Shown here: one piece after another, positions 17,933 through 28,371 of the stretch
How the letters are laid out: each line of letters begins with the position of its first letter
Position numbering within the stretch: position 1 is the first letter of the stretch
From: an uncultured Aquabacterium sp.
GTDB lineage: Bacteria > Pseudomonadota > Gammaproteobacteria > Burkholderiales > Burkholderiaceae_C
Length of the DNA: 64,000 nt
Reading direction: 5' to 3'
Assembly: GCF_947366995.1 (NCBI RefSeq)
Contig: NZ_CANBCC010000008.1
Coordinates: forward strand, 10,189-74,188
The notes under the pieces: generated by a model
The model's database searches: none
Seen by the model: only the letters and a program-made list of their open reading frames with translations
Told to the model about the DNA's origin: nothing
Position numbers and translations under genes: made by a program

Positions 17933-19936
17933 ATGGCCGAGGCCGAAGATGTCCTTCAGGACGCCGCGCGACACGCCACGATCTTCGTGCGCGACCTGTG
18001 GCGGCGGCACCGACCGCCCGCATCGCAGGCAGAGGGCATCACCCTGCGGGACGTGAGCCGGCGGCTCGACCTGCTGGCCCATGCAGTCTTCGGACGTGCG
18101 TTTGCACTCCGGCAGGCGGATCCGCCCGCCCCGGCCACACTGCTCGACAAGCTGTTTCGCCGCGGGGAAGGCGTGCGCGTGCAGCAGGCGCTGCCGGCGA
18201 CCGATGGCCACACCATCTGGCTGCCGGCCACCCTGCCCTTCGGGCGCGAACCGGCTGACACCACCCCCTATCGTCTGGCGCTGCTGCAGCAGGCGATGCG
18301 CGCCGTTCGGGGCAGTGCCGAGGGCTGGTCTTCGCTGAGCCACCCCGTCGAGCAGGCGCTGTTCCTGGTGCGGGAGGCCGATGCCGCCGATGCAGCGCTG
18401 GTCCGGATGCTGCCTGGCGTGGCGGCCGCCTTGCAGAGCTGGCGTCAGCATGCGCTGTCTGTCCGTCCACCACTGGCCACGTTGCCCACCCACCGCCAAC
18501 CGCTCGAGGCGGTGGTGCAGGGGATATTGGCTCAACCCGTGAGCCACCTCAAGGCGACGCCGGTGGAAGCGGTGTGGCATCAGGCCCGCCATGAAGCGCG
18601 CGAACTGCCCGACGCGCCGCCGGGCCGCCTGCTGTACCGCGACCTGTGGACGGGCGAGTTCCGGCGCCCTGCCCCGGCCGCCCTTCTGCGAGCCGGCGAC
18701 CCGCAAGCCGAGGGCGTGCCACCGCCCCCCGCACGCAGCGCCCGCCTGCCGCGCAGCCCCGCAGTGCGGGAAGCCCCGGACGACGAAGACGACACACGGC
18801 AAGGCGCGTGGATGGTTCAGACCGCCCAGCCGCACGAACAGGCCGAAGACCCGATCGGCATGCAGCGGCCCACCGACCGCGACGACACCACCGCGGCCGA
18901 GGAATACGCCGATGCGCTGTCCGAGCTGCCGCAGGCCCGGCTGGTGGCCACCCCGATCCGGCCGAAGGAAGTGCTGCTATCAGAAGACCTGCCCGCCTTT
19001 CGCGCCAGGGCTGCCCTGTCCAGCGGGGATCCGGGCACCGCGGGCCGCTACCGCTATCCGGAGTGGGACTACCGCAGCGAGAGCTATGTGGAAAACGCCG
19101 TGACGGTGCACGTGAGCGAAGCGCAGGAGGGCCCGCAAGCGTGGGTCGATGCGACGCTTGCGCGGAACCAGGGGCTGCTGAGCCTGGTTCGCCGTCGGTT
19201 CGAGATGCTGCAGGCTCAGCGACTGCGCCTGTACCGGCAGCTCGACGGTGAGGAGCCGGACCTGAACGCCTGCGTGGAAGCCTGGGCCGATCTGCGTGCC
19301 GGCCGGTCCATGCCGACCCACCTCTACCAGACGGTGCGCCCAGCCCGGCGCGACATGGCGGTGCTCATCCTCACCGACATCAGCGGCTCGACAGATGGGT
19401 GGCTGTCTGCCCATCGCCGGGTGATCGACGTGGAGCGGGAGGCCCTGCTGCTGGTGAGCCGCGCGCTCGAAAGCATGCGTGAGCGGCATGCGCTTCAGGC
19501 GTTCTCGGGCGAAGGCCCTCGCGGCGTGGTGGTGCGGGTGCTCAAGGATTTCGACGAACACCGCAGCGACCTCGTGGCCCGGCGGATCGCCTCACTGGAG
19601 CCCGAGCACTACACCCGTGCCGGCGCCGCCCTGCGGCACGCCACGGCGACCTTGATGCAGCAGCCAGCTCACCATCGCCTGCTGCTGCTGCTGTCCGATG
19701 GCAAGCCCAACGACATCGACGATTACGAAGGCCGGTACGGCGTGGAAGACATGCGGCAGGCCGCCACGGAAGCCCGCCTGCAGGGCATTCACCCGTTCTG
19801 CCTCACGGTGGACCGGCAGGCAGCCGCTTACCTGCCCCAGGTGTTCGGGCCGCATCACTACGCCATGCTGCCGCGGCCCGAGCGCCTGCCGATCGTGCTG
19901 CTGGAATGGATGAAACGGCTCGCGGGATCCGGCTGA
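17933..19936 (+). CDS. norD: NorD vWA-domain NOR activation protein
   Basis: YPEWDY, DISGST MIDAS, YTRAGAALRHA, LSDGKPND.D.YEGRYG.ED. Confidence 0.9.
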   Translation: MAEAEDVLQDAARHATIFVRDLWRRHRPPASQAEGITLRDVSRRLDLLAHAVFGRAFALRQADPPAPATLLDKLFRRGEGVRVQQALPATDGHTIWLPATLPFGREPADTTPYRLALLQQAMRAVRGSAEGWSSLSHPVEQALFLVREADAADAALVRMLPGVAAALQSWRQHALSVRPPLATLPTHRQPLEAVVQGILAQPVSHLKATPVEAVWHQARHEARELPDAPPGRLLYRDLWTGEFRRPAPAALLRAGDPQAEGVPPPPARSARLPRSPAVREAPDDEDDTRQGAWMVQTAQPHEQAEDPIGMQRPTDRDDTTAAEEYADALSELPQARLVATPIRPKEVLLSEDLPAFRARAALSSGDPGTAGRYRYPEWDYRSESYVENAVTVHVSEAQEGPQAWVDATLARNQGLLSLVRRRFEMLQAQRLRLYRQLDGEEPDLNACVEAWADLRAGRSMPTHLYQTVRPARRDMAVLILTDISGSTDGWLSAHRRVIDVEREALLLVSRALESMRERHALQAFSGEGPRGVVVRVLKDFDEHRSDLVARRIASLEPEHYTRAGAALRHATATLMQQPAHHRLLLLLSDGKPNDIDDYEGRYGVEDMRQAATEARLQGIHPFCLTVDRQAAAYLPQVFGPHHYAMLPRPERLPIVLLEWMKRLAGSG

Positions 19937-19954
19937 GACGAGGCCGAGCCGGGA

Positions 19955-21208
19955 TCAGACCGGACGGGCGCGCGGGCGCCGCGTGTCGGGCAGGAACGCC
20001 GTGGCCAGCCCCAGCAGCGGCAGGAAGGACGTCAGGCCATAGACCCAGACGATCCCCTTGGCATCGGCGAGTTCACCAAGCCCAGCAGCACCGAGGCCCC
20101 CGATGCCGAACATCAGCCCGAACATCAGCCCCGACACCATGCCGACGCGGCCGGGCACCGCCTCCTGGGCGTAGACCACCATGGCAGAGAAGGCCGACGA
20201 CATCACCAGCCCGATGACGAAGGCCAGGACGCCCGTCCAGAACAGGCTGGCGTAAGGCAAGGCCAGGGCGAACGGGGCCACCCCCAGAAAGGACACCCAG
20301 ATGACGGCCTTGCGCCCGATGCGATCGCCCACCGGCCCGCCGAAGAACGTGCCGGCCGCCACCGCACCGAGAAAGAGGAACAGGAACAGGAACATCTGAC
20401 TGTGCTGCACGCTGAGGCCGAAGTGCTGGATCAGGTAGAAGGTGAAGTAGTTCGTGAACGAAGCGATGTAGACGAACTTGGCGAACAGCAGCACGCAGAT
20501 CACCGCCACCGCCTGGATCACCTGCCGACGCTCCAGGCCCTCGCCACGCGCAGAAGCGAGGCTGCGGGCCTTGGCCTGGCCATGGCGTCTTACCCACGCT
20601 GTCAGGCGCAGCAGCACCACGATGGCGACGACGGCCGCCACCATGAACCAGGCCGCCGCCTGCTGCCCGTGCGGGATGACGATGACCGCGGCCAGCAAGG
20701 GGCCGATGGCGCTGCCCGTGTTGCCGCCGACCTGAAAGGTGGATTGCGCCGTACCAAACCGCCCACCCGACGCGAGACGGGCCACGCGCGACGCTTCCGG
20801 GTGGAAGGTGGCCGAACCGACGCCGACCACCGCCGCGGCCACCAGCAGCATGGTGTAGGAATCGGCCATGGCGATGAGGCCGATGCCGATCAAGGTCATG
20901 ACCATGCCGGATGGCAGCAGGTAAGGCTTGGGGTGCCGGTCCGTGTACATCCCGATCCACGGCTGCAGCAGCGAGGCGGTGATCTGGTAGACCAGCGCAA
21001 TCACGCCGATCTGACCGAAGCTCAGCGCGAAACTGGACTTGAGCAGCGGAAAGATGGACGGCAGCATCGCCTGGATCAGGTCATTGAGCAGGTGCGCAAA
21101 GGCCGCGCCGCCCACAACGGGCAGCAGAAAGCCGTGCGACGGTGCGTCGGCGTGCGATGCCGTGGGTGCGGCCGCGGTGGTGCGATGGGCGTTGAGTTCA
21201 GCAGACAT
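19955..21208 (-). CDS. MFS transporter, Fsr (fosmidomycin resistance)-like
   Basis: HLLND..Q, LLQP.IG...D, FHPEASRVAR, GGN.G...GP motifs. Confidence 0.85.
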   Translation of the reverse strand: MSAELNAHRTTAAAPTASHADAPSHGFLLPVVGGAAFAHLLNDLIQAMLPSIFPLLKSSFALSFGQIGVIALVYQITASLLQPWIGMYTDRHPKPYLLPSGMVMTLIGIGLIAMADSYTMLLVAAAVVGVGSATFHPEASRVARLASGGRFGTAQSTFQVGGNTGSAIGPLLAAVIVIPHGQQAAAWFMVAAVVAIVVLLRLTAWVRRHGQAKARSLASARGEGLERRQVIQAVAVICVLLFAKFVYIASFTNYFTFYLIQHFGLSVQHSQMFLFLFLFLGAVAAGTFFGGPVGDRIGRKAVIWVSFLGVAPFALALPYASLFWTGVLAFVIGLVMSSAFSAMVVYAQEAVPGRVGMVSGLMFGLMFGIGGLGAAGLGELADAKGIVWVYGLTSFLPLLGLATAFLPDTRRPRARPV

Positions 21209-21407
21209 GAGGGACTCGGTCTCGGGAGTGGCAAGCGTAAGGTAATGCGGCCACGCTGCTGTCCCAAAGGGCGGATCGGCAGGGTGCCGGCGGTGGCTTT
21301 GCACGATCCTGAGCCCGCCGCCTGGGCAAATGGGACAGGCGCGTCGTTTGCTCCCCGCGTCGCGTTACAACCCCTGCGCCCCGGCCCACCCGAGGGTGCC
21401 CGACACC

Positions 21408-21920
21408 ATGAAAAAGCCTAGCCTGCTCTTTTCCGCGCTGATCGGCGCCGTGGCCAGCGCGCGTTCGATGACGCCCATGGCTGCCCTCGCCGCAGCTCGC
21501 CTCGCGGGGGCCCACACGCCCGGGAAGCTCTTTCTCCTTGACCGGCCCCTGCTCACGTTCGGGGCCCTCGCCATGGGCGTCGGTGAGCTGCTGGGCGACA
21601 AGATGAAATCCGCGCCCGACCGGACGGTTTTCCTCGGGCTGCTGGCCCGCGTGATGAGCGCCGGCATTGCGGGCGCGGCACTGGCGCCTCCCGGCAGGGA
21701 ACCGACGGGCGCCTCGGTCGCGATTGCCACCGCCGTGCCGCTGGCTTACGCGACGCTGTCTCGCCGCAAGCGCGCCATGGCGCGCATCGGCCAGACGCGC
21801 AGTGGCCTGATCGAAGACGCGCTGATCGTGGCGGCAGGCGCCACCATCGTGGCCCTGGCCACCCGGTCGTTGCCCATGGAGCCGACGGCCCAGGCGCAGC
21901 GCGAGAGGATCGCCTCATGA
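21408..21920 (+). CDS. Membrane protein (DUF4126-like)
   Basis: Hydrophobic; ARSMTP and GELLGDKM.SAPDRT motifs. Confidence 0.6.
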   Translation: MKKPSLLFSALIGAVASARSMTPMAALAAARLAGAHTPGKLFLLDRPLLTFGALAMGVGELLGDKMKSAPDRTVFLGLLARVMSAGIAGAALAPPGREPTGASVAIATAVPLAYATLSRRKRAMARIGQTRSGLIEDALIVAAGATIVALATRSLPMEPTAQAQRERIAS

Positions 21921-23326
21921 GCTTCCTCATCTGCATCGCGGCCCTGAGTTTCCTGATGTTCGTGGCCTACCGGGGCCTCAGCGTGATCCTCTTTGCGCCC
22001 ATTGCGGCTCTGGGCGCGGTCCTGCTCACGGCCCCGTCCGAGGTCATGCCCGTGTACAGCGACCTGTTCATGGACAAGGCGGTGGTGTTCATCAAGCTGT
22101 ACTTCCCCGTGTTCCTGCTCGGGGCGCTCTTCGGCAAGGTCATCGAGTTGTCCGGATTTGCCCGGTCCATCACCTCTTCGGTGATCCAGCTGGCCGGCCG
22201 CCAGCGTGCGGTGCTGGCCATCGTCCTGGTGTGCAGCATCCTCACGTACGGCGGTGTGTCGCTGTTCGTGGTGGTCTTTGCCGTGTACCCCTTCGCAGCC
22301 GAGTTGTTCCGGCAAGGCAATCTGCCCAAGCGCCTGATTCCCGGCACGATTGCCCTGGGTGCCTTCACCCTCACGATGGACGCGCTGCCCGGCACACCGC
22401 AGATCCAGAACGTCATCCCCACCAGCTTCTTCGGCACGGACATCTACGCCGCGCCCGTTCTGGGCAGCATCGGCGGCGCCTACATTCTCTTGATGGGCAT
22501 GCTGTACCTGAACTGGCGCCTGCGCCAGGCCATGCGGGCCAACGAAGGCTATGGCACGGGGCACACCAACGAGCCCGAGCAGGCGGCCGCGGGCATCACG
22601 GTCCATCCCCTGGTCGCCATCCTGCCGCTGCTGGTGGTGGGCGTCAGCAACTGGGCGTTCACCAAGCATGTCTTCCCCGCGATCTACCTGCCTGATCCGA
22701 CCGTCACCACCACGTCCGTCACGCTGGCTGGCCTCAACAAGCCCATCGAGGTGGCCGTCAAGTCGATGATCGGCATCTGGTCGGTCGAGGTGGCGCTGGT
22801 GCTCGGCATCCTGACCGTGCTGGCCTTCGCCTTCCGCACGGTGCCGTCCCGCTTTGCGGAGGGCAGCAAGAACGCCATCGCGGGCTCGTTGCTGGCTGCG
22901 GTCAACACCGCCAGCGAGTACGGGTTCGGTGCGGTCATCGCCGCCCTGCCCGGCTTTCTTGTGATCCGCGATGCGCTCAAGGCCATCCCCAACCCGCTGG
23001 TCAACGAGGCCATCGCGGTCACCACGCTGGCCGGCATCACCGGGTCGGCGTCCGGCGGGATGAGCATCGCGCTGGCTGCAATGGCACAGCAGTTCAAGGA
23101 GGCCGCCGTGGCTTCCGGCATCCCGATGGAGGTGCTGCACCGCGTGGCCTCGATGGCCAGCGGCGGGATGGACACCCTGCCGCACAACGGCGCGGTCATC
23201 ACGCTGCTGATGGTGACCGGGCTCACGCACCGGACCTCCTACAAGGATATCTTCGCCATCACCTGCATCAAGACGTCGGCGGTGTTCGTCGTGATCGCGC
23301 TGTACTACCTGACGGGGCTGGTGTGA
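21917..23326 (+). CDS. GntP family permease
   Basis: LTYGGVSLFVV.F, PGTPQIQN.IP, GITGSASGG, LPHNGAV. Confidence 0.88.
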   Translation: MSFLICIAALSFLMFVAYRGLSVILFAPIAALGAVLLTAPSEVMPVYSDLFMDKAVVFIKLYFPVFLLGALFGKVIELSGFARSITSSVIQLAGRQRAVLAIVLVCSILTYGGVSLFVVVFAVYPFAAELFRQGNLPKRLIPGTIALGAFTLTMDALPGTPQIQNVIPTSFFGTDIYAAPVLGSIGGAYILLMGMLYLNWRLRQAMRANEGYGTGHTNEPEQAAAGITVHPLVAILPLLVVGVSNWAFTKHVFPAIYLPDPTVTTTSVTLAGLNKPIEVAVKSMIGIWSVEVALVLGILTVLAFAFRTVPSRFAEGSKNAIAGSLLAAVNTASEYGFGAVIAALPGFLVIRDALKAIPNPLVNEAIAVTTLAGITGSASGGMSIALAAMAQQFKEAAVASGIPMEVLHRVASMASGGMDTLPHNGAVITLLMVTGLTHRTSYKDIFAITCIKTSAVFVVIALYYLTGLV

Positions 23327-23404
23327 GCGGACGCGGCCGGATCGCGTTATGGTCCCGGGTGCCGCGTGGGCGGCATGGCGGGCTCCAGGAATTGAAGGTG
23401 GAAG

Positions 23405-24382
23405 ATGGCAGAGATCGGTGTGGTGGTCTATCCAGGCGCTCAGCAATCGGCGGTGCTCGGGCTGACCGACCTGTTGTGCCTGGCCAGCGGCTTTGCCCGC
23501 ACGCGCGAAAAGTCCGAGCGCGCTCCCCTGCGCATCACGCATTGGCGCCCTGACGGAAACGACGGAGTACCGTCGCGGGTCTTCGACAGCCACCCGGACG
23601 CCCCGTCGGAGCCGCTCTCGGCGCTCATCCTCCCACCGACCTTGGAGGATCCCGATGGCGTCGATGTGGCGCCCTCCTTGTCGGCGTGGCTGCGAGACCA
23701 GCACGCGCAGGGCGTGGTGATGGGCGCGGTGTGCGCGGGCGCCTTCCTGCTGGCCGAAACCGGGCTGATGGCCGGACGGCCGATGACGACGCACTGGACG
23801 TATGCCGAGCAGCTGCAGGCGCGCTATCCGACGGTTCGGGTCGATGCCGACCGGCTGATCGTGGACGACGGTGACGTCATCACCGCGGGCGGCCTCATGG
23901 CCTGGACGGATCTGGGCCTGCGCCTGGTAGACCGTCTGCTGGGCCCGACTGTGATGATGGAAACGGCCCGCATGTTGCTGGTCGATCCGCCCGGCCGCGA
24001 ACAGCGTTATTACAGCGTGTTCTCGCCCCGGTTGTCGCACGGGGATACGGCCGTGCTGCGTGTGCAGCATTGGCTGCAGGCCACGCAGGCCAAGGACGTC
24101 GCCCTGCCGACACTGGCTGCGCAAGCCCGCCTGGAAGAGCGCACTTTTCTGCGGCGCTTTCAGAAGGCCACCGGCATGACCACCACCGAGTACTGCCAAC
24201 GGCTGCGCGTGGGCCGCGCCCGCGATCTCCTGCAGTTCGACAAGGCGTCCATCGACCGGGTGGCATGGGAAGTGGGATACAGCGACGCAGGCGCCTTTCG
24301 CAAGGTGTTCACGCGCATCGTGGGCCTGTCGCCCAGCGAGTACCGCCGTCGCTTCAGTGCAGACCAGAGCATCGGGCACTGA
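23405..24382 (+). CDS. GlxA family (DJ-1 plus AraC) transcriptional regulator
   Basis: VCAGAF.LAETG, TAGG..AW.DL, ERTFLRRF, VGYSD..AFR..F. Confidence 0.9.
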   Translation: MAEIGVVVYPGAQQSAVLGLTDLLCLASGFARTREKSERAPLRITHWRPDGNDGVPSRVFDSHPDAPSEPLSALILPPTLEDPDGVDVAPSLSAWLRDQHAQGVVMGAVCAGAFLLAETGLMAGRPMTTHWTYAEQLQARYPTVRVDADRLIVDDGDVITAGGLMAWTDLGLRLVDRLLGPTVMMETARMLLVDPPGREQRYYSVFSPRLSHGDTAVLRVQHWLQATQAKDVALPTLAAQARLEERTFLRRFQKATGMTTTEYCQRLRVGRARDLLQFDKASIDRVAWEVGYSDAGAFRKVFTRIVGLSPSEYRRRFSADQSIGH

Positions 24383-24521
24383 ACACCGGCGCAGCCCCCT
24401 CTGCGCTGTTGTCGGTTGCAACACGGAAGTTGTCGGTATGGCCACTTCGCACCATGGCGCCTTCGGGTGACCATGGCGGCGCTTTTATAAGCAACCTCGA
24501 ACAACCGAACCGGAGACCTCC

Positions 24522-25070
24522 ATGAAAAAGCGCGCCGTGATCGTCATCGACCTGCAGAACGAATACCTGCCTTCTGGCAAGCTGCCCCTGTCGGGCATTG
24601 AAGCGGCATCGGCCAATGCAGCCAAGGTGATCGCCGACGCCCGCAGCAAGGGCTTCCCGGTCGTCCACGTGCGGCACGAGTTCGCCAACAGCGAGGCACC
24701 CGTATTCGTGCCCGGCACGAACGGCGTGGAAATTCAGCCGACCGTGGCCCCCCATGGCGACGAGCCCGTCATCGTCAAGAACCACATCAACGCCTTCCGC
24801 GGCACCAACCTCAAGCAGCAACTCGAAGCCCGTGGCGTGGAAGAGGTCGTGGTCGTCGGGGCAATGAGCCACATGTGCGTGGACGCCGGTGTGCGCGCCG
24901 CAGCCGACATGGGTTACGCCGTCACCGTGCTGCACGACGCCTGTGCCACGCTGGACCTTGAATTCGGTGGTGTGACCGTTCCTGCCGCGCAGGTGCACGC
25001 GGCCATGATGGCCGCCTTCGCGTTCGGCTACGCCACGGTGAAGTCGACCGGAGAGTACCTCGCCGCCTGA
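24522..25070 (+). CDS. Isochorismatase / cysteine hydrolase
   Basis: VIDLQNEY, K..INAF, GAMSHMCVDA catalytic D-K-C. Confidence 0.9.
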   Translation: MKKRAVIVIDLQNEYLPSGKLPLSGIEAASANAAKVIADARSKGFPVVHVRHEFANSEAPVFVPGTNGVEIQPTVAPHGDEPVIVKNHINAFRGTNLKQQLEARGVEEVVVVGAMSHMCVDAGVRAAADMGYAVTVLHDACATLDLEFGGVTVPAAQVHAAMMAAFAFGYATVKSTGEYLAA

Positions 25071-25079
25071 GGCCGGTCC

Positions 25080-26447
25080 TCACGGAAGCAGCGCTGGCAG
25101 CCCGGACACGCCCAGGCCGATCACGGCACAGGCTGCCAGCAGCGGCATCACACCGACCTTGAAGCGGAACAAGGCGACCGCGGCCCCCAGTGCGATCACG
25201 GCGGAAGCCGAATCGAAAGGACCTTGAAAGCCCCGCGGCCACAGCACGTGGTACGCGAAGAACAAGGCCAGATTGAGGATCACGCCCACGACCGCGGCCG
25301 TGATGGCCGTCAATGGCGCCGTGAACTTCAGCTTGCCGTGTGTGGACTCGATCAGCGGTCCCCCCGCCAGGATGAAGACAAAGGACGGCAAGAAGGTGAA
25401 GAAGGTCACCACGCTGGCCGCGGTGGCACCGGCCAGGAACAGCGCATCCGGCCCGAACAGTTGCTTGAACCATCCCCCAACAAAGCCCACAAACGCCACC
25501 ACCATGATCAGCGGGCCGGGCGTCGTTTCACCCAGCGCCAGGCCGTCGATCATCTGCGGCCCGCTGAGCCATTGGTGGTGCTCGACCGCGCCCTGGTACA
25601 CATAAGGCAGCACCGCATAGGCACCGCCAAACGTCAGCAAGGCGGCCTTGGTGAAGAACCATCCCATCTGCGTCAGTGCGCCATCAAGGCCTTGCACAGC
25701 GATCAGGATGGCCATCGCCCCCAGCCAGAGTCCCGCACCCGTGGCCAGCACGGTTGCAAGGCGCGCGCAGCGGAACAGCGCATGGGGCGGTGCCGGCGTG
25801 TCATCGTCAATGAGGGCGGGACCATAGCTGGCCTGCGCCCCGCCGTGTCCCCCGCCCATGGCGAATACGTGGGGTGCAAAGCGGGCACCCACTGCGCCCA
25901 GGACCCCGGCCGCCAGCACGATCAACGGAAACGGCGCGTCGAGTACGAAGATGGCCACGAAAGCAGCACCCGCAATCGCCCACAGCCACCGGTTCTTCAA
26001 GGCGCGGCTGCCGATGCGATGCGCAGCATGGATGACCAGCGCCGTGACCGCAGGCTTGATGCCGTAGAAGAGCCCGGCCACCAGCGGCAGGTGCCCGAAG
26101 GCCAAGTAGACCCAGGACAGGCCGATGAGGATGAACAGCGAGGGCAGCACGAACAGGGCGCCCGCCACGATGCCACCCCGCGTGCGGTGCATCAGCCAGC
26201 CGATGTAGGTGGCCAGCTGCTGTGCCTCGGGGCCGGGCAGCAACATGCAGTAGTTGAGCGCATGAAGAAACCGCCGCTCGCTGATCCAGCGGCGCCGCTC
26301 CACCAGCTCCGTGTGCATGATGGCGATCTGACCGGCGGGCCCGCCGAAGCTGATGAAGCCGAGCTTGAGCCAGAAGCGGAACGCCTCCCAGAAACCAACG
26401 GGCAAGGGAACGTGGGGGGTGGGCGATGGAACGAGGGCGCCAGGCAT
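25080..26447 (-). CDS. chrA: Chromate efflux transporter (long-chain CHR)
   Basis: SFGGPAGQ, LPGPEAQQ, FGGAYAVLP, TPGP; GGAG SD before ATG at 26447. Confidence 0.92.
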   Translation of the reverse strand: MPGALVPSPTPHVPLPVGFWEAFRFWLKLGFISFGGPAGQIAIMHTELVERRRWISERRFLHALNYCMLLPGPEAQQLATYIGWLMHRTRGGIVAGALFVLPSLFILIGLSWVYLAFGHLPLVAGLFYGIKPAVTALVIHAAHRIGSRALKNRWLWAIAGAAFVAIFVLDAPFPLIVLAAGVLGAVGARFAPHVFAMGGGHGGAQASYGPALIDDDTPAPPHALFRCARLATVLATGAGLWLGAMAILIAVQGLDGALTQMGWFFTKAALLTFGGAYAVLPYVYQGAVEHHQWLSGPQMIDGLALGETTPGPLIMVVAFVGFVGGWFKQLFGPDALFLAGATAASVVTFFTFLPSFVFILAGGPLIESTHGKLKFTAPLTAITAAVVGVILNLALFFAYHVLWPRGFQGPFDSASAVIALGAAVALFRFKVGVMPLLAACAVIGLGVSGLPALLP

Positions 26448-26476
26448 GCGGCGTTCTCCTGGGTGCATGGTCTTGA

Positions 26477-27355
<879 letters not shown>

Positions 27356-27547
27356 CCCCTGTGTGCGCCCGGCGCCCACTTCTCGCTGACAGACGCCGCG
27401 CTTCCGGGTCGCAAAGCCCGTCGGACCCGGGCACTTCTCTCGGGCGGGTCATCGCGCATGCGCGTGTCCGATTGCCCAACTTGCTGTACCGCGGGTTGCC
27501 CCTTACATTGCCTGTTGACCGAAGGATGAACCCGAAAGGGAGAACCG

Positions 27548-27790
27548 ATGCTTGCTGATCCCGTCGACTTCAAGGTGCAACTGTCCACCATCCAGGCCAC
27601 CGTCCTGGAGGTGCTCCCGCAGTCGGGGCTGGTCTACGCCGTGGATGGCGCGAACCGAACCTGGGCCGTGACGCGAAAGGCGTCCGCCGTGCCCTTGACC
27701 GCCTACCAGGAAGGCAGTCCATGCGTGCTCACGATTGCCCGGCACCGTGACTTCTCGCTGGTCGAGCGCTGCGAACTGCCTCATTCTTGA
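27548..27790 (+). CDS. Hypothetical 80-aa protein
   Basis: GGGAGA SD, GC3-biased codons, fills an intergenic gap. Confidence 0.6.
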   Translation: MLADPVDFKVQLSTIQATVLEVLPQSGLVYAVDGANRTWAVTRKASAVPLTAYQEGSPCVLTIARHRDFSLVERCELPHS

Positions 27791-27846
27791 GCACACCAGG
27801 TGGCGCCCTGGGAGCGGGTTGACTTGCCCGCCCCGAGCCCACAGAG

Positions 27847-27869
27847 TTATCCACAGCTTCTGTGGGTAA
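27847..27869. other. Inverted pair of DnaA-box-like sequences
   Basis: TTATCCACA at 27847-27855 and TGTGGGTAA at 27861-27869 (reverse complement TTACCCACA). Confidence 0.55.
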
Positions 27870-27970
27870 GCCGGCGCCGCGCTGCCCTCGCCCTCCTCCA
27901 GGGCGCCTGCGCAGGGGCTGTTGAGCGCGCAGCACCACCCCGCGTTCGAGGGGGACATCCGTCTTGTATT

Positions 27971-27989
27971 GCGAATGATTCTCATTAAC
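27971..27989. promoter_or_regulatory. Fur box
   Basis: GCGAATGATTCTCATTAAC, 14/19 match to GATAATGATAATCATTATC, upstream of the heme uptake genes. Confidence 0.8.
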
Positions 27990-27990
27990 A

Positions 27991-28242
27991 ATGAGTTCAT
28001 CACGCACTTGCGCGGGCCCTCTCCCGCTGACCCCCGTGGACACCGCCACTTCCCTCGCCCCTGTCCAGCATCGTCTGCTCCACCTGCTCGACGAGTTGAT
28101 CCGTCATGACGGCTATGGCTCGCTGCGGATCGACGTGCGTCTGCTCAAGCGGGGTCAGAAGGAAGTGATTCTGGACTGCGGCAAGCAGCATCGCTTCGTG
28201 GTCGACGTGCCTGCGGCAGCCGGCAAAGACGCCAGCGCGTGA
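27991..28242 (+). CDS. Small hypothetical protein immediately after the Fur box (start uncertain, possibly GTG at 28036)
   Basis: Core LLDELIRHDGYGSLRIDVRLLKRGQKEVILDCGKQHRFVVD looks like a compact alpha/beta domain; typical codon usage. Confidence 0.7.
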   Translation: MSSSRTCAGPLPLTPVDTATSLAPVQHRLLHLLDELIRHDGYGSLRIDVRLLKRGQKEVILDCGKQHRFVVDVPAAAGKDASA

Positions 28243-28371
28243 GCGTTTTCTGCCCGAGGGCATGGCGCCCTGGGCCTGCGGACTTCTCCGTCCGACTGCA
28301 TCCATCCTCGTCAACCTGCTGTTGTGGCCTTTGTGGGTAAGGAACACGGCGCCCTCTTCAGAGAGCACCTC

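Noticed and set aside
20110-20400. Short tandem repeats in the Fsr-like MFS gene (GLMFGLMFG; FLFLFLFL)
   Set aside because: In-frame low-complexity TM coding; no evidence of phase variation.
27386-27500. c-di-GMP-I (GEMM) riboswitch suggested by GGGTCGCAAAGC
   Set aside because: No GGCAAAC 5' strand or GNRA tetraloop, and spacing to the 3' element is too long; explained as a simple CCGGGTC/GACCCGG hairpin after modA.
27991-28242. Calling the Fur-proximal ORF hemP
   Set aside because: It lacks the recognisable HemP motif, so it is left unnamed and reported as a finding.
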